Below are positions 10,865 to 20,360 of a DNA stretch of 64,000 nucleotides, piece after piece. Under the pieces are notes generated by a model, which was not told the DNA's origin, did no database searches, and was given only the letters and a program-made list of their open reading frames with translations. The position numbers and the translations under genes are program-made. Position 1 is the stretch's first letter, and each line of letters starts with the position of its first letter. Origin of the DNA: an uncultured Chloroflexia bacterium. Lineage in GTDB: Bacteria; Chloroflexota; Limnocylindria; Limnocylindrales; CSP1-4. The stretch lies in NCBI GenBank assembly GCA_963766735.1, contig CAVYBU010000007.1, positions 192,001-256,000 on the forward strand, written 5' to 3'.

Positions 10865-11159
10865 CGTCCACCAGGACGGTGACGCTGCCGAGCTCGAGAC
10901 CGAGCAGGCGGACGACCGCCGCTCCCACCGCGTCCCGGACCTGCTCTGTGAGGGGTACGAGCTGCTGGCGAGGCCGGGCTACGAGCCAGAGCGTGACGTG
11001 CACCCGCCCGTCGCGCACGCGGATCCGCACCGGCGAGCCGGCGATGGCACTCCGCCAGCGCGGGCCGCCTCGGCCCACCCGGACGACGCCGGGAACCTCG
11101 AGAGCGGCGAGGCGTACGGTCTCGCCGATCACGCTGGGGCCAACCGAAAGCGTGGACAT
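10851..11159 (-). CDS. Asp23/Gls24 family protein (YqhY-like)
   Basis: LAALEVPGV...VRDAV...VTVLVDGV; position upstream of nusB. Confidence 0.8.
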   Translation of the reverse strand: MSTLSVGPSVIGETVRLAALEVPGVVRVGRGGPRWRSAIAGSPVRIRVRDGRVHVTLWLVARPRQQLVPLTEQVRDAVGAAVVRLLGLELGSVTVLVDGVGA

Positions 11160-12271
11160 CAGGCGCCTGCCTCCAACTTCCCGGCCTCGTCGACCGTGTC
11201 GGGCTCATCCTCACGCACCGCGGCTCCCAGTGCTTCGGCAATCCGCTCCGCGACGCGCTCTCGGGCTGTCGTGGCGCCCACGCGGACGGCATGCTCGATC
11301 ATCCGCCTTTTCGCGCGGCCATGCGTGATGATGACCGCCCCGCGGACGCCCAGCAACGGCGATCCACCCACCACCTCGTAATCGAACGTGGTGCGGATCC
11401 GCCGAATGCCCGGCCGCATCAGCAGGTAGGCGAGACGCCCGCGCAGAGAGCCCCGGAACTCGGCCCGCAGGAGGTCGAAGATGTACCCCGACAGGCCCTC
11501 GAAGAACTTGATGACGACGTTGCCCAGGACCGCGTCGCAGACGACGACGTCGGCGGAGAACTGGGTCAGGTCCTTGCCCTCGACGTTGCCGATGAAGTTG
11601 AGGTCCGTCTCGTCCAGCAACTCGGTTGCCCGCATGATCCGGGCGTCACCCTTGCCCTTCTCCTCACCGATGGACAACAGCGCGACTCGCGGTCTCACCA
11701 CCCCCAGCACCCGCTCGGAGAAGATCGCACCCATCTGCGCGTACTGAGCGAGGTTGTCGGCAGTGGAGTCGGGGTTGGCGCCGATGTCGAGCAGCACGAA
11801 CGGGTTCTCCGTGCCCACCATCTGGATCGCGAGCGCGGGACGGTCCACGCCCCGCAGCCTCCCGAGGCGCAGGACCGCGGCTGCCATGCCGGCCCCGGTA
11901 TGGCCCGCCGTGACGACGGCGTCAGCCTGACCCTTCCGGACGAGGTCCGTGGCCACGAGGATCGAGGAATCCTTCTTCTCGCGTAGCGCCATCGCCGGAT
12001 GCTCGTGCATCTCCACGACCTGCGAGGCGTGGACGGTGGAGACGTTGGCCGGACGGTCCACCAGGAACCCTGCCAGGACGGCCTCGTCCCCGACCAGGAT
12101 GATGGTGTCCTCAGGGTGGCTGCGCGCATAGGCGAGGGCGCCCGGTACCACCTCGGCAGTGCCGTGATCCCCGCCCATGGCATCCACCGCGACGCGGACG
12201 CCGGTGCCGGGCTCGGCGCCGGCCAATGGGGGACGAATCTCGCGCGGGGCGGGATCCTCGCTCGGGTTCAC
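11159..12271 (-). CDS. plsX: Phosphate acyltransferase PlsX
   Basis: VAVDAMGGDHG, SAGHTGA-like TAGHTGA, LLDIGAN, GEEKGKG, FIGNVEG, ITHG. Start uncertain (12271 or 12310). Confidence 0.96.
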   Translation of the reverse strand: MNPSEDPAPREIRPPLAGAEPGTGVRVAVDAMGGDHGTAEVVPGALAYARSHPEDTIILVGDEAVLAGFLVDRPANVSTVHASQVVEMHEHPAMALREKKDSSILVATDLVRKGQADAVVTAGHTGAGMAAAVLRLGRLRGVDRPALAIQMVGTENPFVLLDIGANPDSTADNLAQYAQMGAIFSERVLGVVRPRVALLSIGEEKGKGDARIMRATELLDETDLNFIGNVEGKDLTQFSADVVVCDAVLGNVVIKFFEGLSGYIFDLLRAEFRGSLRGRLAYLLMRPGIRRIRTTFDYEVVGGSPLLGVRGAVIITHGRAKRRMIEHAVRVGATTARERVAERIAEALGAAVREDEPDTVDEAGKLEAGA

Positions 12272-12278
12272 GACCCGG

Positions 12279-12491
12279 CTACTTGGAGTCCTCGCCTGCC
12301 GCAGACCCACCGGCCGGCTTCAGCGCCACGGCCTCGCGGCCGTTGTACCACCCGCAGGCCGGGCAGACCCGGTGCTGCAGCTTCGGCTCGTGGCAATGCG
12401 GGCATTCGATGAGCGTCGGCAGGGTGAGGGCGAGGTGGCTCCGGCGCTCCATCTGCCGCGCGTGAGCGACCTTTCGCTTCGGCACACCCAT
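12279..12491 (-). CDS. rpmF: 50S ribosomal protein L32 (Zn-ribbon form)
   Basis: MGVPKRK...CPHC...HRVCPACGWY. Confidence 0.97.
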   Translation of the reverse strand: MGVPKRKVAHARQMERRSHLALTLPTLIECPHCHEPKLQHRVCPACGWYNGREAVALKPAGGSAAGEDSK

Positions 12492-12626
12492 GTCGGTCTC
12501 TTGCTCCTCTCGGGGGCTGGTCAATTCGCGGGTGGTCCCCGCGCAGCGGTCTGGTAATGGTCACGGCACCCGTCGACTCGGGCGCGCAAACGCGCGACCA
12601 CGGGTCCTGGGGGCCGAAGCCGGAGT

Positions 12627-13223
12627 CTACCCCGTCTCGTCGTCGGCGTCGACCCGGAACGCCAGGAGCGCCTCCAGCCGCGGATCGATGGCAGTGTCGT
12701 GGGCCGGGTGGTCGACCTCGAGCCGCTCGCCGCACTCGGGGCAGAGGCCCGGGCAGTCCGGATCGCACACGGGCGCGATCGGCTCCTGGAGGCTGATCGC
12801 CTCGAGCACGAGGGGGCGAAGCTCCAGCTCGTGGTGATCGGTGAGCCGCGGCGCCTCGGGGTCGGCCCCCTCTTCCAGGGGCACGGGCGCGCCGCTGGCA
12901 AGATCGATGGTTGGCAGGACCTCCTCATCGATCTGGAGCCGGATCGGGGTCACGAGCGGGCGGGTGCAGCGCGCGCACTCCCCCGCGAGCCCCGTCTGGA
13001 GCCTGGCCTCCACGACCAGGCCCCGGTTGGTGCGCAACAGGCGGAGCGTCCCGCTCACGGGCTCGGTGACGACCGGCCCGTCCTCCGGAACCACCTCGGC
13101 GGCGTCCAGTGCGTACTCACGCACCGTGCCGGGAAGCTCTGCGAGCAGGCCGGACACGGCGAACGTCAGCGGATCCCCGTGCGGATCAACCGGGTGCGGG
13201 TGATGGGATCCCCGGTCCGTCAT
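12627..13223 (-). CDS. DUF177/YceD family protein
   Basis: CARC and CDPDCPGLCPECG motifs, IDPRL; position upstream of rpmF. Confidence 0.93.
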   Translation of the reverse strand: MTDRGSHHPHPVDPHGDPLTFAVSGLLAELPGTVREYALDAAEVVPEDGPVVTEPVSGTLRLLRTNRGLVVEARLQTGLAGECARCTRPLVTPIRLQIDEEVLPTIDLASGAPVPLEEGADPEAPRLTDHHELELRPLVLEAISLQEPIAPVCDPDCPGLCPECGERLEVDHPAHDTAIDPRLEALLAFRVDADDETG

Positions 13224-13780
13224 CGCCGACCGGCCGGCGGAACCCCCTGCTCCTCGGCGCCGATCTCACCCTCGGCCATGTCGTCGTAGGAGTCTGCCTC
13301 CTGCGCGAGCAGCGCCTGCGGGTCCGCGTAGGCTGCTCGGCGCTCCTCGAGCATGGCAGCGCCTCGCTCGATCCCGTGCAGCGTCCGCGCGACCTCGGAC
13401 TCGAGTGCGGCCAGGACGCCAGCCGCATAGTCGTCCGCACCGTGGCGGACCTGGTCGGCCTCGTCCTCGGCCTCGGCGATGATGCGGCTGCTCTCGGCAT
13501 CGGCGGCCTCGGTCAGCCCGCGCTCCCCGATGAGGAAGGCAGCCTGCTCCTGGGCGCGCGCAACGATGCGCTCCGCCTCCTCCTGGGCCTTCTCGATGAT
13601 CCGCTCACCCTCGGAGTTGATCCGCTTGGCGGCGCGGACCTCCTCGGGCACGGCGACGCGCAGCTCGTCGATGAGGTTGAGGGCTGCGTCCCGGTCCACG
13701 ATTGCGTTCCGCGTCAGGGGCAGCGACTTGCCGTTCGCGATCAGCGATTCGAGACGTTCGACGAGAAAGATGATGTCCAG
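13220..13780 (-). CDS. Conserved coiled-coil protein of the coaD-DUF177 locus (often annotated ATPase or ATP synthase b-like); probable CTG start
   Basis: (M)DIIFLVERLESLIANGKSLPLT...DELRVAVPEEV...ADDYA; GGGAGG 7 nt before CTG at 13780. Confidence 0.8.
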   Translation of the reverse strand: MDIIFLVERLESLIANGKSLPLTRNAIVDRDAALNLIDELRVAVPEEVRAAKRINSEGERIIEKAQEEAERIVARAQEQAAFLIGERGLTEAADAESSRIIAEAEDEADQVRHGADDYAAGVLAALESEVARTLHGIERGAAMLEERRAAYADPQALLAQEADSYDDMAEGEIGAEEQGVPPAGRR

Positions 13781-13828
13781 CGGACGGCCTCCCGTGCGCT
13801 TCGCAGCCCCGGCGGGGCGCCGGTCGCG

Positions 13829-13837
13829 ATTATGGCA
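13829..13837 (-). promoter_or_regulatory. Extended -10 (TGCCATAAT) overlapping the coaD stop
   Basis: About 50 nt upstream of the CTG-start gene. Confidence 0.55.
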
Positions 13838-14351
13838 CGCGCTCGGTCCGAGGACCTTGACCTGCCGACAATGCCGCGCGCAGAGAGATCGCGGCCTCTG
13901 CCGGAAGCATCCGCGAGACGTCCCCGCCGAACAGGGCGATCTCCTTCACCAGGCTCGAGCTCACGTACGAGTGCTCGAGCGAGGTCATGAAGAACACGGT
14001 GTCCACGTCCGGGGCCAGCTGGTGGTTGTTGTGGGCAAGCTGGAGCTCGGTCTCGAAGTCCGCGATGGCCCGCAGGCCGCGGACCAGGAACCCGGCCCCC
14101 ACGGTGTGGCAGAAGTCCACGGTCAGCCCGTCAAAGGTGCGCACCTCAACGCGGCCGGCCAGTGCCGGCTCCAGCGCAATCGCGCGTCCGATGACGTCCA
14201 CGCGCGTCGTCGTGTCCATCAGCGGGCTCTTGCGCGGGTTGGCGAGGACGGCCACCACCACGCGATCGAACACGCGGGCGGCCCGGCGCACGACGTCCAG
14301 GTGGCCGTTGGTGATGGGATCGAACGAGCCCGGGTAGACCGCGACCTTCAC
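13830..14351 (-). CDS. coaD: Phosphopantetheine adenylyltransferase
   Basis: AVYPGSFDPITNGHLD, RGLR, VSSSLVKE. Confidence 0.98.
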   Translation of the reverse strand: MKVAVYPGSFDPITNGHLDVVRRAARVFDRVVVAVLANPRKSPLMDTTTRVDVIGRAIALEPALAGRVEVRTFDGLTVDFCHTVGAGFLVRGLRAIADFETELQLAHNNHQLAPDVDTVFFMTSLEHSYVSSSLVKEIALFGGDVSRMLPAEAAISLRAALSAGQGPRTERVP

Positions 14352-14962
14352 GTCTCGCTCGCCTCCTCGTCGCCGGACGATGCGCCCGGACCATCCGGCG
14401 ACCGCCGCCGGTAGAACGTGAGCGACGTCTCTCCGAAGCGTCGCTCCCTCACCGATGCTAACAGCCCCATCGTGGACGGCGGAGCATCCCTCCAGAAGTG
14501 TTTCGCGACGACGACGCCGTCCTGGCTCGTATGCGTCCCGACCAGCTCCAGGGCCCGCTCGAGCGCTGCGCTGTCCGCGTACGGCGGATCCAGGAGGACC
14601 AGATCGAATGGGCCGTCGACGGCGGCTCCGGCCGGGTCCATGAGCCAGGCGACCGCGTCGCGCCGCACGACGCGGCCCGAACCGTCGAGGCGGGTCCGTC
14701 GGAGGTTCCCCGCCAGGACCCGCGCGGCGCCGGCGTCCTTCTCCACGAAGACTGCCCGGGCGGCGCCGCGCGAGAGCGCCTCGATGCCACCGGCCCCGCT
14801 GCCAGCGAACAGGTCGAGGACGACGGCGCCCGGGATGTCCGGCTGGAGCACGGCGAACAGAGTCTGCTTCACGCGATCGGCCAGCGGGCGAGTCCCAGGC
14901 CCCGGCGCGGCCAGGCGGACGCCCTTGGCGGTGCCCGCGATGACGCGTCCCGCGTCCGACAT
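14348..14962 (-). CDS. rsmD: 16S rRNA m2G966 methyltransferase
   Basis: RVIAGTAKG, LDLFAGSGAGGIEALSRGA, LDPPY. Confidence 0.96.
   Translation of the reverse strand: MSDAGRVIAGTAKGVRLAAPGPGTRPLADRVKQTLFAVLQPDIPGAVVLDLFAGSGAGGIEALSRGAARAVFVEKDAGAARVLAGNLRRTRLDGSGRVVRRDAVAWLMDPAGAAVDGPFDLVLLDPPYADSAALERALELVGTHTSQDGVVVAKHFWRDAPPSTMGLLASVRERRFGETSLTFYRRRSPDGPGASSGDEEASET
14455..14463 (-). promoter_or_regulatory. Extended -10 (TGTTAGCAT) inside rsmD, likely the coaD promoter
   Basis: Matches TGnTAnnnT; coincides with a rare TTA codon. Confidence 0.5.
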
Positions 14963-14964
14963 GA

Positions 14965-17247
14965 TCAGGCCGCGCTCGCCGGGTCGCCGGCATGGACGCG
15001 CTGCAGCCAGCCGGTCTCGAGCTCCGCGCGCAGCTCCGGCGCGTTGTCCGGCACTTCGCCGCCCTCGCCCACGAGATCCTCCGCATAGGAGCGGGCTCGC
15101 GTCGCAAGGTCCCGGTGTTCCGGGTTGGCAAGGGTCGCCACCCGGAGCCTGGGCAGACCGCTCTGCGCGAGCCCCAGGACATCACCCTCGCGGCGTAGCT
15201 CGAAATCGCGCTCGGCCAGCTCGAACCCGTCGGTCGTGGCCACGACCGCCCGGAGGCGCTCATGCTCGGTCGTGCCCTCGGCCACATCGCTGACGAGGAC
15301 GCAGTACGAGGCCGAGGTCCCCCGCCCCACCCGGCCCCGGAGCTGGTGGAGCTGCGCCAGACCAAAGCGCTCCGCGCCCTCGATGATCATGACCGTTGCC
15401 TCGGCAACGTCCACGCCCACCTCGACGACGGTCGTCCCGACGAGCACGTCGAGGTCGCCATCACGGAAGCGGCCCATCTCGGCGTCCCGATCCGCGGCCT
15501 TGAGACGGCCGTGGACCAGGCCCACGCGGAGCGGAGCCAGGAGCCCCGTCAGCCGCTCGAACTCCGCCTCGGCCGCTGCGGCCCAGACCGTCTCCGCGTC
15601 CTCGTCCGGCAGCTCGTCGTCGCCGGCGAAGCCGTCTTCCTCGTCCGTCTCGGCGCCCGTCTTCGCCGCCGGTCCGATCCGGGGCACCACGACGAACGTC
15701 CTGTGGCCCGCGTCCTTCTCGTTCCGCACCAGCTCCCATGTCTTCCCCAGCTGGTCCGGACGGCGGATCCCGGTCCCGATGGCGATGCGACCCTCCGGGG
15801 ACATCCGCAGGGTCGAGACCTCGAGGTCCGCGTAGAGGACCTGTCCGAGGGTGCGTGGGATCGGCGTCGCCGTCATCAGGAGCACGTGGGGGGCGCCCCG
15901 CACCGCCTTTGCCTCCAGCGCACCGCGCTGCTCGACACCGAACCGGTGCTGCTCGTCCACGACGGCCAGCGCGAGATCAGCGAAGGACACTGCTTCCTGG
16001 AACAGCGCGTGCGTCCCCACCACGATGGGCGCCTGACCGGACGCGATCGCCTGTCCGGCCTTGCGCCGGCCCTCTCCGCTGAGCGACCCCGTGAGGAGCG
16101 TGACCGGGAGCGCCAGGTCCTCGAGGAGGTCTGCCAGCGTCGCCGCGTGCTGCCGCGCGAGGAGGTCGGTGGGCGCCAGCAGCGCGGCCTGACGCCCCGC
16201 GAGCGCCGCCGCCGCCAGCGCCCAGGCGGCCACGGCCGTCTTGCCGGACCCGACGTCGCCCTGGACCAGCCGCAGCATCGGGACTGGACGGGCCAGGTCC
16301 ATGCGGATCTCGTCGATGGCGATCACCTGGTCGGTGGTGAGGGCGACCTCCCGACCGAGCTTGCGCGAGAGCGACGCGGTGAGCGCGTCCCGGATCCGCC
16401 GATCGGGCGCCTGGTCAACCGGGAGCGGCACGGTTGTCGCCCGGCCACGGGCGCGGCGTCGCGCCACCATGCCGACCTGCAGTGCAAGCAGCTCGTCGAA
16501 GGCCAGCCGGCGAAGAGCGCGATCCCGGACGTCGAAGTCCGTCGGGTAGTGCGCGGCCTCGAGCGCCTCGGCGATCCCCGGCAGCCCCTCACCGGCCCGG
16601 ATCGCTTCGGGCAGGTACTCCGGGTACGCGTGGCCGGCGCGGTCGAGCGCCTCCCGCATTGCCTGGCGGAGACGGGTGGCCGTCAGGCCGCGGGTCAGCC
16701 GGTAGACCGGCACGATCCGGCCGGCATGGAGCAGGGTCGCGGCATCGGCCGGCTGGAATTCCGGGCCCTCGAAGATGAGCCCGAAGCCGCGGTGCTTGAC
16801 CTTCCCCGACAGCAGCAGCTCGTCCCCGGGGTGGACGCGTCGCTCGATGAAGCGCCGCCCGAACCACGTCGCCTCCGCAGTACCGGTCTCGTCCGCCAGC
16901 TGGGCCGTCGTGATCTGCACGTTCCGGCGCCACGTCTTCTGGACCCTGATCGCCGTCACCGTGGCCCGTGCCGACACCACGGTGCCGTCCGGGACGCCGT
17001 ACAGATCGCCCAGCATCCGCAGCTCGCGGAGATCGTCGTACCGCCGGGGCAGGTGGAACAGGAGGTCCCGCACCGTCTCCAGGCCCAGGTGGCGACCCGT
17101 CCGGCGGAGGACGGCCGCCGCCCCCAGCCCCGACTGCCCCAGGCCGAGGTCGAGCCTGGCGACGGGGTCCACCGGGATCGCAGCCCCGGCTTTCGGCCGG
17201 AGCGAGCGGCCGCCGCGCGCGGATACGGGCCGCCTGCGCTCGCTCAC
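14965..17247 (-). CDS. recG: ATP-dependent DNA helicase RecG
   Basis: QGDVGSGKT, DEQHRFGV, MTATPIPRTL, QLHQLRGRVGRG, TDGFELAERD. Confidence 0.98.
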   Translation of the reverse strand: MSERRRPVSARGGRSLRPKAGAAIPVDPVARLDLGLGQSGLGAAAVLRRTGRHLGLETVRDLLFHLPRRYDDLRELRMLGDLYGVPDGTVVSARATVTAIRVQKTWRRNVQITTAQLADETGTAEATWFGRRFIERRVHPGDELLLSGKVKHRGFGLIFEGPEFQPADAATLLHAGRIVPVYRLTRGLTATRLRQAMREALDRAGHAYPEYLPEAIRAGEGLPGIAEALEAAHYPTDFDVRDRALRRLAFDELLALQVGMVARRRARGRATTVPLPVDQAPDRRIRDALTASLSRKLGREVALTTDQVIAIDEIRMDLARPVPMLRLVQGDVGSGKTAVAAWALAAAALAGRQAALLAPTDLLARQHAATLADLLEDLALPVTLLTGSLSGEGRRKAGQAIASGQAPIVVGTHALFQEAVSFADLALAVVDEQHRFGVEQRGALEAKAVRGAPHVLLMTATPIPRTLGQVLYADLEVSTLRMSPEGRIAIGTGIRRPDQLGKTWELVRNEKDAGHRTFVVVPRIGPAAKTGAETDEEDGFAGDDELPDEDAETVWAAAAEAEFERLTGLLAPLRVGLVHGRLKAADRDAEMGRFRDGDLDVLVGTTVVEVGVDVAEATVMIIEGAERFGLAQLHQLRGRVGRGTSASYCVLVSDVAEGTTEHERLRAVVATTDGFELAERDFELRREGDVLGLAQSGLPRLRVATLANPEHRDLATRARSYAEDLVGEGGEVPDNAPELRAELETGWLQRVHAGDPASAA

Positions 17248-18983
17248 TCGGCCGAGATCAGGTACCGGTAGTGAGGCTGGCCGCCGTGGACCACCTCAAC
17301 GTCCACGCCGGGTGTCGCCTCTCGGACCCTGAGCGCGATCGTCTCCGCGTCATCAAGCGTGGCGTCCTCGCCGTAGTAGATCGTCACCAGCCCGTAGCCG
17401 GGATCCAGCCTGCTGAGCCCGGCCATGACGGCCCGCTGGGTATCACCGTCCACAGCGAGGAGGCCATCGTCCGGGTCCAGAACGATCGTCTGCCCGTGCT
17501 TGACCTTGCGCCCGGACACCGTGGCGTCGCGCACGGCCTCGGTGACCTGCATGGTCTGGATCTCGCGACTCGCCCGCGCCATGGCAGCGGCATTCGCGTC
17601 CGCGCCTTGCACGGGATCCAGCTCGAACAGCGCGGCGACCCCCTCGGCGCAGTTGCGCGTGGGCACGACGAGGACGGGTCGGTCGGTCATGCCCGCGACC
17701 TGGCGCGCGGCGAGGATCACGTTGGGGTTGTTGGGCAGGATGATCAACGCGTCGGCCTGGGTGGACGTGATGGCCTCCAGTAGCTCGCCCGTGGACGGGT
17801 TGGCGCTCTGGCCGCCGCGCACGACCCGGAACGCGCCGTATTCGCGGAAGGGCGCGGCGGTGTCGGCGAGAACCGCCGCGAGGCCGTCCGAGGGCGCGAC
17901 CGCCACCACGCCCAGCGCCAGCCGGGTGGCCGGCGCCCCCGGCTCGCCCTTGTCGCCAAGTGCCACGGCGCCCGGACCCACGCCGACCAGGGGCTCGCCG
18001 CCCCGCGCTCCGACGAACGCGGCTGCCTTCGCCTCCCGCACGTCGTGGGCCTGGCCGTCCAGGTTCTCGATCGTGATCCGGGACAGATGGCCAACACCGA
18101 TGCCGTAGGCGATCACGGCGTCGGGCCGGTCGTTGTGGACATGGATCTTGACCATGTGCGCATCACCGGCGACGAGGACCGACTCCCCGATCGTCTCGAG
18201 GTGTGCCTGTATCGCCGGGACGTCCAGCGGATGGCCCGACCTCGCCCTCAGCAGGTACACCGTCTCGTAGCCAAACGCGGTCTCCTCGACCGCGGGCGCG
18301 CCGCCGTGATCCGGCCTGATCCGAGCCCCGGTCCCGACCGGTCGCGCGCCATCGGCGAACGGGCGCCCACGGGCAGCCTCCAGCGCGCCCTGGAACAGTC
18401 GGAACAGGCCCTGCCCGCCGGCGTCCACGACGTTGGACTCGCGCAGGATCGGCAGCAGCGACGGCGTCTTCGCCACGGATCGCTCGGCCGCTTCGACGAT
18501 GGCGGCGAGCACGCTCTCGACGTTGTTGTCCCGCTCGGCGGCGACGACCGCGGCTGCGCTCGACTCCCGGATGACCGTGAGGATGGTGCCCTCGACGGGC
18601 TTGGCAACCGCCTTGTAGGCCTGCTTGGTGCCCAGGTCGAGCGCGTGAGCCAGGTCCAGGCCGTTGAACCGGCGTTTGCCCGCGAGCCCATGCGCCATCC
18701 CCTGGAGGATCTGGCTGGTGATGACACCCGAGTTACCGCGGGCGCCCATCAGCGCGCCGAAGCTGGCTGCCTGGGCGACGCGCTCGGCGTCCGCACCCGG
18801 CCCGGCCTTCTCGGCCTCCTCGAGCGCCGCCCGGACAGTGGCGACCATGTTGGTGCCCGTGTCCCCGTCCGGAACCGGAAACACGTTGAGCGCGTTGATC
18901 TCCTCGACATCGGCCTCGATGCTGGCAACGGCGCTCCGGAACGCGGCGAGGAAGCCGGCGCCGTCGCAGGAGCGGCGGGCCAT
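17244..18983 (-). CDS. fakA: DAK2-domain fatty acid kinase subunit A (FakA/YloV)
   Basis: NALNVFPVPDGDTGTNM, GARGNSGVI, KPVEGTILTV, VDAGG, GGQPHY. Confidence 0.93.
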   Translation of the reverse strand: MARRSCDGAGFLAAFRSAVASIEADVEEINALNVFPVPDGDTGTNMVATVRAALEEAEKAGPGADAERVAQAASFGALMGARGNSGVITSQILQGMAHGLAGKRRFNGLDLAHALDLGTKQAYKAVAKPVEGTILTVIRESSAAAVVAAERDNNVESVLAAIVEAAERSVAKTPSLLPILRESNVVDAGGQGLFRLFQGALEAARGRPFADGARPVGTGARIRPDHGGAPAVEETAFGYETVYLLRARSGHPLDVPAIQAHLETIGESVLVAGDAHMVKIHVHNDRPDAVIAYGIGVGHLSRITIENLDGQAHDVREAKAAAFVGARGGEPLVGVGPGAVALGDKGEPGAPATRLALGVVAVAPSDGLAAVLADTAAPFREYGAFRVVRGGQSANPSTGELLEAITSTQADALIILPNNPNVILAARQVAGMTDRPVLVVPTRNCAEGVAALFELDPVQGADANAAAMARASREIQTMQVTEAVRDATVSGRKVKHGQTIVLDPDDGLLAVDGDTQRAVMAGLSRLDPGYGLVTIYYGEDATLDDAETIALRVREATPGVDVEVVHGGQPHYRYLISAE

Positions 18984-19405
18984 CAGGCCACGTCCGTCCC
19001 GCTGTCTGCCAGGTCACCCGGACGCGGCTCGCCATCGTGTGCAGGCTCGGGTGCGGGGGCGAGGCCGTGCTCGTGGCGGAGCTTCCCGATGCGGATGGAG
19101 ACGCGGTCCGGCTCCCGCTGCAGGGCGTGGCGAAGGGTGTATCGGACCGATGCCTCAACCTGCCGCGCGACCTCGGCGATCGGCAGGCCATGGGCAACGG
19201 TGAGGCGCAGGTCGACCGTGAGCTCCGGCTCGACCTCGAGGCGGAGTCCGGGCTGGGCGAGGCTCATCCGGTTGAGCAGGCGGCCCACGGGACCCCCGTC
19301 GGCGAAGCCCGAGACACCGTACACAGAGAGAACGGCGACACGGACGAGGTCGCGGATGGCTCGCCTCGAGACAAGCGAACGGCCGGGCATCGGATCTGCG
19401 GTCAC
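18983..19405 (-). CDS. Asp23/Gls24 family protein (YloU-like)
   Basis: SVYGVSG...VAHGLPIAEVARQVEASVRY; position between rpmB and the DAK2 gene; start approximate. Confidence 0.85.
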   Translation of the reverse strand: MTADPMPGRSLVSRRAIRDLVRVAVLSVYGVSGFADGGPVGRLLNRMSLAQPGLRLEVEPELTVDLRLTVAHGLPIAEVARQVEASVRYTLRHALQREPDRVSIRIGKLRHEHGLAPAPEPAHDGEPRPGDLADSGTDVA

Positions 19406-19488
19406 GTGGGCCACGTCCTCCTCGCGGGCGCGGCGTCCGGTGGTCCTGGGCCGCGACAATCGCTCCCGGAATCGGACCGGAAAGCGTG

Positions 19489-19501
19489 TGCTACGATACC
19501 A
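19489..19501. promoter_or_regulatory. Overlapping divergent extended -10 elements (TGCTACGAT on +, TGGTATCGT on -)
   Basis: Between divergent rpmB and asp23-fakA. Confidence 0.55.
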
Positions 19502-19568
19502 CCCCGTTCGCGCCGGACCCTTCCGGCGTGCGCTTGTGTCCTGCATCTTTCGAGGATCGAACCAGACC

Positions 19569-19769
19569 ATGGCTCGTGCTTGCGTCATCTGCGGCAAGGC
19601 ATCGATTGGCGGCTTCAACCAGCAGTCGTCGGGCATGAACCGCGTTCGCGCCCATCGCCGCCTCCTGCCGAACCTCCAGGTCACGACGATGCCCGCGAAG
19701 AACGGCGGCACCGAGAAGGTGCTCGCCTGCACTCGCTGCCGTCGAACCCTGACCAAGAGCGCCCGCTAG
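19569..19769 (+). CDS. rpmB: 50S ribosomal protein L28 (Zn-binding form)
   Basis: MARACVICGK...RRLLPNLQ...CTRCRRT; divergent from the asp23-fakA pair. Confidence 0.93.
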   Translation: MARACVICGKASIGGFNQQSSGMNRVRAHRRLLPNLQVTTMPAKNGGTEKVLACTRCRRTLTKSAR

Positions 19770-19897
19770 ACCCCCTGCTGGGTTTCGGCGGAGACCGGTC
19801 GCGATCGTTGCGGCCGGTCTCTTGTCTGTCCGGGGCAGGTCGACGCGGCCGATGACGTCCCGGCCGCCGTGTCGCGCCCGCGCCGGTCGTCTCGCCC

Positions 19898-20350
19898 TCA
19901 GGTCTGGCGTTCCGCCGTGTCGAGCCAGATGGTGAACGGTCCGTCATTGACCAGCTCCACGGCCATCTCCGCCCCGAACTCGCCGAGGCCCACGCGGACG
20001 CCCTGCGCCTCGATCCCGGCCGCGACGCGTCGCCACAGCGCCTGTGCGAGGTCCGGCGGGGCCGCCCCGCTGAACCCCGGGCGTCGGCCGCGGCGGGTGT
20101 CTGCGTAGAGCGTGAACTGGCTGACAAGAAGCACTTCACCGCCGGCGTCCAGGAGCGAACGGTTCGTCCGCCCCTCGTCGTCAGCGAAGATGCGCAGCTC
20201 GCAGATCCTCCTCGCCAGCGCGTCCGCGATCTCCTCGTCGTCTCCGTGACCCACGCCCAGGAGGACGAGCAGCCCGGATCCGACCGAGCCGACGGCTGCG
20301 CCGTCCACTCGCACCTCCGCGCGGCTGACGCGCTGCAACAGGGCCCGCAT
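19898..20350 (-). CDS. dtd: D-aminoacyl-tRNA deacylase
   Basis: MRALLQRVSRA, SQFTL, FGAEMAVELVNDGP. Confidence 0.97.
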   Translation of the reverse strand: MRALLQRVSRAEVRVDGAAVGSVGSGLLVLLGVGHGDDEEIADALARRICELRIFADDEGRTNRSLLDAGGEVLLVSQFTLYADTRRGRRPGFSGAAPPDLAQALWRRVAAGIEAQGVRVGLGEFGAEMAVELVNDGPFTIWLDTAERQT

Positions 20351-20360
20351 CGGCGGCCCG

